A stretch of DNA of 63,735 bases, the filler included, from Collodictyon triciliatum (lineage: Eukaryota): assembly GCA_043381765.1 (NCBI GenBank). It is 17 parts of 17 records of this genome, joined end to end, with 100 filler letters (N's around TTAATTAATTAA, not from the genome) between each part and the next. Parts side by side here need not be neighbours in the genome. Positions count along the whole stretch, not along the records: positions 38,787 to 42,560 come from JBHJMP010006904.1; positions 42,661 to 46,434 come from JBHJMP010006905.1; positions 46,535 to 50,307 come from JBHJMP010006906.1; positions 50,408 to 54,181 come from JBHJMP010006907.1; positions 54,282 to 58,054 come from JBHJMP010006908.1; 12 more parts are not named here. One strand, 5' to 3'. The notes under the pieces were generated by a model that was not told the origin of the DNA, made no database searches, and worked only from the letters and a program-made list of their open reading frames with translations. Both the position numbers and the translations under genes were made by a program. Of the stretch, positions 42,054-57,728 are shown piece after piece. Within the stretch, counting starts at the first letter, position 1; each line of letters opens with the position of its first letter.

Positions 42054-42461
42054 ATAGAAAATGACGCAAATAAATAGGATTATGCACACAACATCTAAAA
42101 TATCCACTCAAATACTTTGCAATACACTATTTTAATATATACGTATCATATCCACATATGAGCACATCTTCTTTCTAATTGGCTACCACCATTCGCTTTT
42201 GACTCATTTTGCTTAAGACTGCAGTTTGACAGCCCGATTGAATAATTTGCTTTAATACAAAGAAGAAAGGCGGCAGTTGTGGCATGAATAATTGCGTAAT
42301 TGAGTGACAATATGTTTTTACTGCTCGAGGAAAATCCTTCGAAGAAAACTACTGAATCCTGCAAGTATGCCTGTGGCCTCATTTACAGATACATAGAGTA
42401 CCATTCTATTCTAAAAAATAAAAAAAATAAAAATAACGTTCCTGTGTATGTTATCTTTGCC

Positions 42462-42560
<99 letters not shown>

Positions 42561-42660
42561 NNNNNNNNNNNNNNNNNNNNNNNNNNNNNNNNNNNNNNNN
42601 NNNNTTAATTAATTAANNNNNNNNNNNNNNNNNNNNNNNNNNNNNNNNNNNNNNNNNNNN

Positions 42661-42721
<61 letters not shown>

Positions 42722-42810
42722 AAAAAAAAACAAAAAAAACAAAAAAAAAACAAACAAAAAACAAGAGTCGAATGATAAAAGCAAATCATTCTCGCGCATG
42801 ATTGATCAGT

Positions 42811-45800
42811 ATGAGCGAACCGACACCATCCATCCCACCAACCCCCTCAATCGTGGACAGTCTTGACCAGATCTATGTCGACGTTGAATCTGCCGCGAAA
42901 AGGTTTGTCCTTGCAGACCAAACAGTCTTCCATACAACCCTTGCAACCACACATGAAGGCGAAGCTACCTTGCTTTAAGCCTCTCAAGTGCATCACAAAG
43001 GAACGGTTGTGTAACAGAAGCAAAGACAGAAAGACAAGTATCGCTGCCTCCTTGCGATATCCCCCATGCACTTTTCTATATATCTCGCAAGGCTATGCGA
43101 CTGACTTATCCCTTCCCAGTGAACAAGTGTATAAAAAAGATTGTTTGCTCAGGTACCAGAGGATCGCATCGGCCTTTTCTGACCTGCACAAAACCACCCC
43201 CGACTTTTTTGTGCGCGCACCTGGAAGAGTCAATCTTATTGGTAATAAGACATATGCATAGCCAACTATTTGCTCATGGAAACACTCGCTGGTCGTTGTG
43301 TTATCGATGGGATATCTATGTCCATATGTGCACCATCCAGAATCTCACCTGATGCAATATCCCCTATGAATTACATGTGTGGATACACTCTTATGTTTTC
43401 ATGTAGACTCTTATGGTCGCTTTATTCTTTTTTTTTTTTTGATATTTATTATTGCGCTGCAAAATGACATCTTGTGGAACTACTTTATCATATTTCTTTT
43501 CTTGCAAACTCATTATTCTTGTTGTGTCTATCCAGGCGAACATGTGGACTACAGTGGATACCCCGTCTTGCCCATGGCGCTGGAGAGAGACATCGTCATT
43601 GCTGTGAAAGTGGATGCAGATTCGTCCAAACTGCACATTGCCAGTCTCGAGCCTGAGCGCTTCCCCTCCAAAGAATACGAAGGCTCACCAGATATCTTCA
43701 TTGACAGTTCCCGAGCAGAGTGGACAAACTATGTCCTGTGTGGTTACAAGGTTTTTTTGTTGTTGTTGTTGGTTATTTGTCTTTTTGTCTTTTTGTCTAT
43801 TTGTCTATTTGTCTATTTGTCTTTTTGTCTTTTTGTCTTTTGTATCTGTGGTAGGCGTGTAGAGATGCTGATGCCTTTTCCTTTGTAATAATCTATCAGT
43901 CCTTGATGTATTGGATCCTTGTAAACCGATATATTTTTTCTCTGTAAACTAGGGAACGCTGCTTACTGCAGAATACAACACTCCGGTGGGAATGAAAATG
44001 ATGATTCACGGAACAGTGCCCGCCGTACGTGAAATAATTTTTGCTTCTAAAAATGCTATATGTGGACTATGTGAAAGGTTGCATTTTTACCACGACAAAC
44101 TGCACAGTCAATAATCACCAACATTTTTCCAAATAATAATGATAATAATAACGATGTCGGTAGAGGTCGGGATTGTCGAGTTCATCTGCTCTTGTATGTG
44201 CCTCTGCCTTGGCCACTACCTTTGCTAATAAGCTCACCCTGTCAAAGGTTCGTTCTTGAATCACAAAACATTCTCTAAATATGCTTAAGCTATATTATTA
44301 TAACTATGGTAGACTTTTGGACTATTTCTTTTTCTTTTCTTCTTTTATTTTCTTTTTTCTTTTTTTTTTAAAAAAAAGCTTTTAGTTTCTTTCATTATAC
44401 TTATTTGGTATGCCATAATCTATTTATCCTTTACCCAGGTTCAACTTGCAACAATTGCAGCCAAAAGTGAAAAATATGTTGGCGTTGAAGGAGGCGGGTT
44501 AGTGATTCAAACAGTTCTCAATAATCAGTCCTCTCTATTCCTCAGAAAATTCAATCCTTTTCCACTTTTTTGATCCAGAATGGACCAGGCCATCTCTATG
44601 CTTGGGGAAAAGGATGTCGCTAAACTTATCGAATTTGACCCCATTCGTGCACACGACGTTCATTTACCAAAAGGGTGGGCGCTTTGGTCTCAAGCATAAA
44701 AATGAAGCATATCCCAGTAATTTATGCGATGCAGAGTGTTTTTTTCTTATCTGTTCCTACTTTTTAATACATTCTTTTTTCTTTCTCTTCTATTAGCTAT
44801 CATTGAAATCCTTGCCTGATTTCTTTCTCCCTTTTTATTGTGCTCATAGTTTTGCAGTTGTGATTAGCAATACATGTGTTGCTGCTGACAAGTATGTCAC
44901 ATCAGACCATAACTACAATTTAAGGTATGTTTTTTTTTTTTTTGAGGTATGCCTCTTCTGTCTCGTTTATTATTGAGATTATTATATATATATATATAAA
45001 ACAATTCGATTTATGAACCATTATATTCTCACATAGAGTTGTTGAGTGTCGACTGGCTGCTGTTCTTCTTGCAATGAAAATGGGACTGGATTACAAGACT
45101 GTTCGAACATTGATTGATGTTCAGGTTAGGCATAAATGTATCTTTATTTAATGTTGTCTTATTTCTTTATCATTTTATGAACAGTAAATTCAGTGGGCGT
45201 ACAAGAGTAGAAATATAATCTTGTCTAGACTCATTATGGCCTGACGTTTTCCTCTCGTTACAAAGACCAGCGGAATAAAGCATGTATTTGATTATAGAAA
45301 CTCTCGAATTTGAGCCTGAAAGAGTTGGAGGAAAAAGTCAACGAGCATATCAATCGAGAGCCTTACAGCAGAGAAAATATTGCTGAAATCCTGTCCCTTT
45401 CCGTAAGTCGAATGCGTGATTTGCAAAATAGATCCATATGATTACTTTTCGCTGAATGCTATTAATTCCCTGTTCAATCTATCGTCAGTTACTTATGTAT
45501 TATCTTCTACAGCTGCCATTACGAAAATACTTTTATTCAATTTTTTTTTTTTTGCTTTCTCTCCGCCAATGCATTTAATTTCGTGGGTGGTTATTTGCTC
45601 CTTACTATTATACTTTAATAAATGGATATTTACCATTTACCCGATTTTGCCCTGTTTATATCAATCAGGTGGAAGAGCTTGATGCCCAGTACGGCCGTGG
45701 GAATGTGATGAAAGCCAATCCTACCTATGAGCTCCACAAAAGAGCACTGCACGTTTACACTGAATCGCAGGTGTATTAATCGAAATAACCATATGTCGAA

Positions 45801-46330
45801 AAATGTTTGAATATTTCCGCCAAGCCCCAGAAAATATACAAAAACCTAACTGGATACACTCGTGATAATAACTTCGTTATATGTATGTGTGAATTATAAT
45901 AATAATAGATAAATGTGATTTTATGGGAGAGACCCTCACGAGCTGTATATACGCGCAAGTCCCACAATTTGCTTCTCATGCTGATTTATATGAATATATT
46001 GTTCCAGAGGGTGCAGGAATTCCGTCGTCGTGCGCAGGAGTCTCCCGACGCGACGCAATTCAGTGACTTGGGCAATCTCATCAACCATTCGCATTATGGA
46101 AACAGAGACCTTTTCAATGTGAGCTGCCCTGAGCTGGAGGAAATGACCACCCTTGCACGGTAAAAATCTTGCCTCAAACCATTTCTGTACTGGAAGGAAC
46201 TGAAAGACTCACTTAATCATACACCCGCATCATCCGAATAACCCGTTTACTTTCCTGACCAAAATCACAGCTCTTTGGGTGCATACGGCTCGCGCCTCAC
46301 CGGTGCGGGATGGGGCGGTTCTGTTGTCAG
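42811..46330 (+). CDS. Galactokinase / N-acetylgalactosamine kinase (GAL1/GALK2 type), 3' end missing
   Basis: [84 protein letters not shown]. Confidence 0.93.
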
Positions 46331-46854
46331 GTTTCCTCATATCATATCATATCATATCATATCATATCATATCATATCATATCATATCATATCATATCAT
46401 ATCATATCATATCATATCATATCATATCATATCANNNNNNNNNNNNNNNNNNNNNNNNNNNNNNNNNNNNNNNNNNNNTTAATTAATTAANNNNNNNNNN
46501 NNNNNNNNNNNNNNNNNNNNNNNNNNNNNNNNNNGAAAGAGAAAGAGAAAGAGAAAGAGAAAGAGAAAGAGAAAGAGAAAGAGAAAGAGAAAGAGAAAGA
46601 GAAAGAGAAAGAGAAAGAGAAAGAGAAATAAAACAATAGGCATAAAATAGCCGTGTTTTTATTTTTTTTGTTTTATTCTGTCTTCTTCGGGCATCCTTCA
46701 GGAAAAAGCGGTCAGAATTGATGGCAGAAAACTCAGAAAATCTCTACCTAAAATGATGGCTATTAAAGAACACATACTATTACACTTTGAATCGAATAAA
46801 GGAAAAAAAAGAACACATACTATTAAAATGAATTTTTTTACATTCCTAACCTCG

Positions 46855-49800
46855 TTAAGTTGTAACTTTCTGCCTCCACTCAGCTGCTATCTCGATGTCT
46901 TTTTCAACACCCCATCCATTTTCATAGCATTCAATAACAATAGAAAAAGCCTGTGGATACTTGACGGTTTCGCTAGTTTCACCATATCTATTGAGGACAC
47001 CTTCTTTCATGCAAGCCATTTCTTTCAGAGCGTTGAATGCCATCTTTGAGCCTTGTTGTGCTAGCTGCTTCAATTTTTCAAAGTTTCTTGCACCGCTATA
47101 CCATTCAGCAGCTTTATTAGCATCCTTTTCAACACCCCATCCATATTCGTAGCACTCAGCAACAATAGAAAAAGCCTGCGGATATTTGTACTTTCCAAAT
47201 TTTTTTAATTCAGTCGTTTCTTTCAGAGCGTTGAATGCTGTCTTTGATCCTTGTTGTGCTAGTTGCTTCAATTTTTCAAAGTTTTTTGCATTCTTGCACC
47301 ATTGGGCGACTTTTTCGTTGTCCTTCTCAACACCCCATCCATTTTCATAGCACTCAACCATCATCTGAGCTTGGTACTTTGTAAAATTACCCTGCTCACA
47401 ATAGGAAACAAAGTCTACATCAAACGAAGCAGCACCGATTGAAAGTAGGAGGGATTTGTTGAATTGACTCAATCCTTGGGCATTTCTGATTTGGATGCTT
47501 CCCCCCTCCAACTTTCTTGGACCCATAATCTGAACTGTCCTTGCATCACTTTTTCTGTTGAATACTGCGATAGTTTCATCAGAAATTACTCTCTTGACGA
47601 GGTATTTTCCTTCGGTGTATGTTGCCTCTGATTTTTGCAGACTGTGTGTTTGATTTCTTGTGGCTACATCCCAAATATCAATTGTGTTATCATGAATTCT
47701 CGATGCCAACCAGTTTTCACCATTCGGCCCTTGAAGACTACAAATGCTACTAACATCACCTTGATGTCCTTCTAATGTTTTGATGTGATTTCCTGTGGCT
47801 ACGTCCCAAATACGTATTGTTTTATCGAGACTTCCAGAAGCCAACCAATTTTCACCATTGGGTCCTTGAAAACTGCAAAAATTATTAACTATATATTTAT
47901 GTCCTTTTAACATTTTTATTTGTTTTCGTGTGACAACATCCCAAATACGTATTGTTTCATCACCACTTCCAGAAGCCAACCAGTTTTCACCATTCGGCCC
48001 TTGAATACTGCAAACGCTAGTAACACGTTCTGTGTGTCCATATAGTGTTTTGATCTGGTTTCCTGTCACTACATCCCAAATACGTATGGTTTTATCACGA
48101 CTTCCAGAAGCCAACCAGTTTTCACCATTCGGCCCTTGAATACTGCAAACACTACTCACATGTTCGGTATGTCCCTCTAATTTTTTGATTTGATTTTCTG
48201 TAGCTGCATCCCAAATACGTACTGTTTCATCACCACTCCCAGAAGCCAGCCAATTTTCACCATTTGGTCCTCTAATACTGCATATACTCATAATAGCACT
48301 TTTATGGCTCTCTAGTTTTTTGACTTGGCTTCCCGTGGCTACATCCCAAATACGTAGTATTTTGTCACTGCTTCCAGAAGCCAACCAATTTTCACCATTT
48401 GGTCCTGGAATGCTGCAAATACTAGTGACAATATCTTTCGTATCTACCTCTAATTTATCATGAGGAATTCCGAATTTCACATTATTCATATTTGCATTGT
48501 CAAATACACAATCACCAAGCATCGAATTCGAGAAATCAACACCATCCAAGTTGGCACCAGCGAAGTTTACACCATTAAGGATTGACTTATTAAGATTAGC
48601 ATATGGAATTTTGATGTTTGATAAATCCATTCCACTGAACGAAATATTCATAAAATTCAAAAGCGTGATGGCATCAGATGCAGCCTTTGATTTACTTTCA
48701 TCAGTCTTTGACATGTATACAATTCTGAATAATGATGATATGATTAGCTCACGATTCCATTCTTCATCCAGTTTTGCATCATCAAGAGTTTGATTGATGA
48801 ACTTCTTGACTCTTGTAAACTCGACAGGCTCTTTGTTAATTCCAATTTCTTTTGAATGGAGGGACAAGTATTCGCATGAATTTAATGTTCTGGCGTGAAT
48901 CCATCCGAGTTTATTAGCGAATTTGTCTCTCATGTTACCCCAAAATGCCACAGCTTGATTATACTGCTTCAGTTCCTTGTAATTCTTGTTGATTTCCTCG
49001 CAGCTATTCCATATTCCAAGATAATCCATGGAGTAAAGCTTCCCCAATAGATGAGTTAGTGCCACGTAAAGTTCAATGACGGCTTCGTGCTGTTTCTTGT
49101 CCTTAATCAGTCGAATAATATTATCGATTTGATGAGTGTCTTTCAGTGACATGATTGTCTTTGTCTCCTTCCTGATAACAACTGCCTTCTGGAAGTATTC
49201 AACGACTTGGTCCAATCTAAATGCATAAAAGGAAGAGATACTTTATTTTTATTGGGATTAATCCAAGTATTTGATTTTGTAATGTGAAAGTAAAAAAAAT
49301 TAATACCTTTCAAGCTCAAAATTTGTTCTGCCAACATTCTCAAGAGAAGTTGCATAATGAGTATGCTTTTCGCCCACTGTTCTTTTGTGAATATCCAGCA
49401 TCTTTGCATAGGCCTCCAAAGCACCCTTAAAGCTAGTACAACATGAATAAATGTATTGTTGCTTCAATAAAAAATAATAAAAAAAATTAATAAAGAGATA
49501 CTCCTTCAAATCGTGGCTGATATCTCCAATCATTTCATAGCAGGCCACAACATTCGGATGATTTTCGCCTAGGGCAGATACAAAAATATCCAATCATTGC
49601 TTAAATGAGAACAGGGCTTCAATTTTCCTGTAATTTAAAATGATTGAATATTAAATCATTAAAAATTATTTTAAGCAAATATGTCGGCTCTAGTAGCATC
49701 GATGCGATGGACATTAAAAAAAAAAACCAAAATACTCATGCTGGAAAAATTACGAGGAAGAACAAAAAAATATGAAAGAATCTAAAAACTTGAAATTCTA

Positions 49801-50130
49801 ACCTTCCACTGGCAAGATGAGCGTTTGCAATAAACTGGATTGTCGAGGCAACATATGCATGCTTATATCCCAGCGATTTTTCAATGATTGATTTCGCTTT
49901 TTCATAGTTTTCGATAGATTCCTTATTCCTTAAATTTATATTAGATCAATATTGTAAAATAAGTAATAGCCATATTTGATTCAGATGAATCAAATGAAAA
50001 GTAACTTATTTTCAGCCAGAAAGAGATGGCCATAGTTTCGATATGATATCGCAACAAAGGGATGCTCATTTCCGACTTTTTTTGGCGTATTTCCATGGCC
50101 TTTGTGTACTCAGCCAAAGCTTGCTCAATC
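46855..50130 (-). CDS. TPR-cassette / pentapeptide / WD40 / Sel1 multidomain protein; 5' end missing; two TPR exons disabled
   Basis: TPR exons at 50006-50130, 49803-49928, 49502-49627, 49307-49432; last exon 46855-49216 encodes pentapeptide repeats, six 45-aa WD40 repeats (GPNGENWLAS) and Sel1-like repeats (ECYExGWGVEKD). Confidence 0.85.
47640..48440 (-). repeat. Six 135-nt tandem coding repeats (WD40)
   Basis: The motif GCCA(A/G)CCA(A/G)TTTTCACCATT recurs at about 47705, 47840, 47975, 48110, 48245 and 48380. Confidence 0.93.
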
Positions 50131-50189
50131 CTGTGATATAAATTATTCAGTATACATACACTTTCAAAAAGAAGCAGAAAATAAGGAGT

Positions 50190-50307
50190 GAAATAAAATA
50201 CCATAAAATACCATAAAATACCATAAAATACCATAAAATACCATAAAATACCATAAAATACCATAAAATACCATAAAATACCATAAAATACCATAAAATA
50301 CCATAAA
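50190..50307 (+). repeat. (CCATAAAATA)n decamer repeat in the intron upstream of the TPR exons
   Basis: Direct tandem repeat at contig end. Confidence 0.95.
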
Positions 50308-50577
50308 NNNNNNNNNNNNNNNNNNNNNNNNNNNNNNNNNNNNNNNNNNNNTTAATTAATTAANNNNNNNNNNNNNNNNNNNNNNNNNNNNNNNNNNNNN
50401 NNNNNNNGAAGTCCCTCCATCGGCTTTTCTGTTGATGGCGCTTGATTAAACACCGCTTTCTCTTTCTCTTGCCTTTTTTTTTTTTTTTTTTGATACCCTC
50501 ATACTATCTGAAATGCATATTTTACTAAATCAAACACTGAGATGTTCCAATCATAGAAATAAGAAAATTGGGCGTAC

Positions 50578-52010
50578 CATGTGGATGCGGACAAGCTCTT
50601 TCAGCTCGTATTTTGCTCGGTAACGGTCCATCGAGTGATTCGAAAGAACAATCGCAGCCCCGCCGACACGGAACAGTGTATTGGACAGGAGCATTGCCTG
50701 TATGTTTAAGAAACACATAAAATTAAAAATAAGAATAAAAAAATCAGAGTAAAGTTGCGTGAATGAGAAAAACAATGGAATGGTGATCGGAATTGAATAG
50801 ATAAAAGACCTTGTCGTTGCCAAGGTACCAGTTCTGTGTGATGTTTTCCGTGCTCACAACAAGTGCGTATTTCCTGCGCTTCAGTTGCAGTTGCTCACGC
50901 GCCAGTGCGATGGCGATCAGTCCCGCGCTGCATCCCATTCCTGACAGATTGTAGCTGGAAATGTCCTTTCGCATCTTGAACTCGTTGATAATCTGAGAGG
51001 TCGGTTAAACTTCAGTACTTGTGATGGTTGTGATATGTGGAATTACACATCGATAAACATCCCTTCCACTCATCGTTTCTTAGTTTTCTCTCCATCTCAT
51101 TCACTAACCATGGCGCTGAGAGAAGGCGTGGGGTTGAAGAGACTGCAGTTTACGACAAGGATTTCAATGTCCTTTGGCTTCAGTCCACATCGCGCAAGTG
51201 CGTCCTTCACGATGGGGAACATCACATAACGGGCCTCATCACGCGCACTCTCCATATCGAACTTCTTTTCAATACTGGTGAGGGCTACATTCAAGCATAG
51301 AACTGTTAGTGAATAGAAACAAAGAGGGGAAAGGTGTATTAGCATGTACCCGAGAAATAGGGAGAAATAGAAGAGAAGAGTTGTTTATGAATGTATATGC
51401 TGACTGAACAGTAGGAAGGAGCATAATATTAAGTGTACTCACTCTTTGGAAAGTAGGTCTCCTCTCCAACACCATTTCGGTCCAGGGTGCGGAACTGAAA
51501 GTCAAGCGAATCCTTGTCGAAAAACTCTGTGATAATGGAGTGCTCGATGAAGCGTTTCTTTGGGACCTTGTGTTCGTCACCAATCCCGTGAAGAACAGAG
51601 AAGTTGAGAAGGTAGACGGAAGGCGCCGACGAGGCCCACCAGTAGAAAGCAATCACAAACACAAAGGCCGCAAGGGCAAGCAAAGGCTGCTGATTCTCAA
51701 GGACGAGGGTCTCATAGGAAGCTTTTTCTTCGGGAGTCATGTTTTGGAAAACATACACAGCGGAAGCCACAATTGGGACACACAGAGTCAGAGTCTTGGC
51801 GAAGCTTTTCAGGTGGAAAAACTTGTACGACAGGCGCTGATCGAGCTTGTTGGGTTCCCACGGATAGTCGTAGTGCGGATTCAGATTGTCAGTCGGGTAT
51901 TCGTACTTTGGAGGGTTTGGCAGCTGCTCAATTCCAGCGTTTGCGCGGCGGGCGTTTTCGGTCTCTGCTGCCACGGGGCGCTTTTTGGGGGCGGGGGCGG
52001 TCGAGGACAT
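50578..52010 (-). CDS. FAE1/CUT1-type 3-ketoacyl-CoA synthase (very-long-chain fatty acid elongase), 3' end missing
   Basis: [73 protein letters not shown]. Confidence 0.93.
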
Positions 52011-53022
52011 CTAACGGACGAAAAGTATAATGATAAATACATAAATCGATCAAGGAAAGGCTAACATAAAAAAGAGAGAAGAAATAAGCCAAAGAGTTTG
52101 TTCTGCTTTTGTTCATGAACAGGTGCAGAAACAAAAGGATCTTAACGGCACACCTCTTATCTTTTCTTTTCTTAAAGCTATGAAGGAAAATAGATCGTGC
52201 GAGGTGGCTTGTATGTACGTGGATAATGAATATAAACGCATATACGTAGTTTGCTAGAGTAACCCTTGCTGGTTTGTTTGCAAAAGCCCTTACCAAAATG
52301 AAAAGAAAGATAACCTTCAAGTGATTAACACATAGTTTGTCAATAGATCATAGCATCAGAAAAAAAAAAAAGAGTGCGCCGTTTTTAAAGCCCTCTTTTC
52401 TGCAGTATTAAAAAAAGAAGAAAAAAAGGGAAAAACATAGACAGAGACGAATATTCATCAAGGGACTGGCCAGCTCCTGGAATTTGATTTACTGGCAGAG
52501 AAGGAATAACTGGTTTGCTTCTATTGCCATGCGTCCCAACCTTAGATTTACCTCACAATGTTATTGCAAGCGCCATATCCAAAACCTCGACTGAGAAAAG
52601 GTGACTCAATCAGGTGATGGCAAGTGTTTTATACGACGGTTTGTGGTTTTGTGGTTTTGCTACATACTACCATGACGCAATGCGTGTGGCTGTGTGATGG
52701 GGTGCCAATTTAAGCTGAAGATGCCGCCTTTTGACATATTTGTATACTATTTATATATTTTGTGATTAAATTATATGTAAAATAGATATCAAGGATAATT
52801 AATGAGTGTAATTTTATATTATATCATATATTCCACAAATAAAATGGTATCAACAAACCGGTTTTTTTTTTTTTGGGTATTATTTACATTTTTACAAGGC
52901 CTCAAAATCCAAATCACATCCGACTCGAGGTTCCTTTCCTTAGCGCTTGGCTTTGGCAGGCAGCCTCGTGCGAGTGGCGCTGAAGACTCAGACGCGCATC
53001 TTCATCTCAAAATATCCTTAGC

Positions 53023-54181
53023 ATGGTTCGCAGACACTTCAACGCAGCCGCCGATCGCACAGCAGAATCCCCGAAACCGGCAACAGTTACACGGAGACGA
53101 ATCTCCGACGACGATGAGGACGAGGAAGAAGACAACAGAGCAGGATATGTGGAAGGAGAAGGCCATGGCCGATTGTCTGGGAGACAAGAGCACGATTCGA
53201 GAGCGAGCGAGAGGGAAAATACGCTGGAAGAAAGGCTGCTCGTGAGAGAGGCAGAAATGGTGTTGCTTCGCGATATTGGGCTGGCCGCAAACGAAGAGGA
53301 ACATGATAATATGGAGGCTGATATGGACATTGTTGAGGATGAAGACGAAGACGAAGACGAAGACGAAGGCGAAGAATATGATGAAGACAAAGAGGGTAAT
53401 GATAAAGAAGAGGTTGATAATCGGGAGGAAGAAGATTCCAGCGGAGGAGAGAGTGCTAGTCCTGTTCAAGATAATGAGCAAGATGGTGATAAGGAGGATG
53501 AAAGTGAAGCCTCCTTAGAGCGCGGCGATTATTCAGCAAAGAAGCGTGCCTCGTCGCCGCAAAAGCTCTCTAGACCTGTGGAGAATGCACATGACGCAAA
53601 TGCCATGAAGCTTATTGATGCCGAAAAATCGAGTAAGGGGATGGCCAATCAGCTAATCAGCCCATCACCCAACTTTAATGATGATAATGATATTTATTAA
53701 TATTTATCAAAACATTTACTTGTTTACTTATGACTCATGTCATTTTTCTACCGATGTCCCCTTTAAGCACTTTCTCTTCTTTTTTTCTCCCCTTTCTTGA
53801 ACATTTAATGACCAAATCAAAGTATGCAAAGCACTATATTATATGTCAACAGTCGTGTTGAATTTGCCCCCGAATCATAGGCTATGTGATTGCTGATAGA
53901 TCCGTCATGTCTCAAAATCGAGGTGCAGTGGGTGAACAAGAAGACGAAGACGAAAGCGATATGCCATTCACGTTGAAAAACAGAAAGAAACAACGCCGAG
54001 TACTGAGTGACGAAGATGAGCATAATGAGATAGTTGATCGTAATACGAGTGTGCCAAAGACCGCAAAGTATAAGGAACAAGGCAACAGCGAAAGGTTGGA
54101 TGAAAGATTGGGCCTATATTCATTACCCTCTGGAACCGACAACGTCTCTTCAAAAACAGATATATCTCCATCAGCACAACA
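53023..54181 (+). CDS. Hypothetical acidic low-complexity protein, 5' part
   Basis: 225-codon D/E-rich ORF with a GTAAG donor near 53633 and a second D/E-rich ORF; no family recognised. Confidence 0.55.
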
Positions 54182-54285
54182 NNNNNNNNNNNNNNNNNNN
54201 NNNNNNNNNNNNNNNNNNNNNNNNNTTAATTAATTAANNNNNNNNNNNNNNNNNNNNNNNNNNNNNNNNNNNNNNNNNNNNAGTG

Positions 54286-54409
<124 letters not shown>

Positions 54410-54491
54410 AGTGAGAGTGAGAGTGAGAGTATCAGAGAGCAGTATAATTATTTACAGAAACCACAAATGGATAAGCAAGTCGCCTATTAAC

Positions 54492-57728
<3,237 letters not shown>

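Noticed and set aside
14716-49596. Stop-codon reassignment (TAA=Gln in catalase and the ORF1-like element; TGA sense in a TPR exon)
   Set aside because: The housekeeping exons I traced (MetRS, DNAJB12, TRM6, TMEM17, parts of ALG1, GALK and KCS) have no in-frame stops. TAA, TAG and TGA all end genes here, and each internal stop co-occurs with a frameshift, which fits decay.
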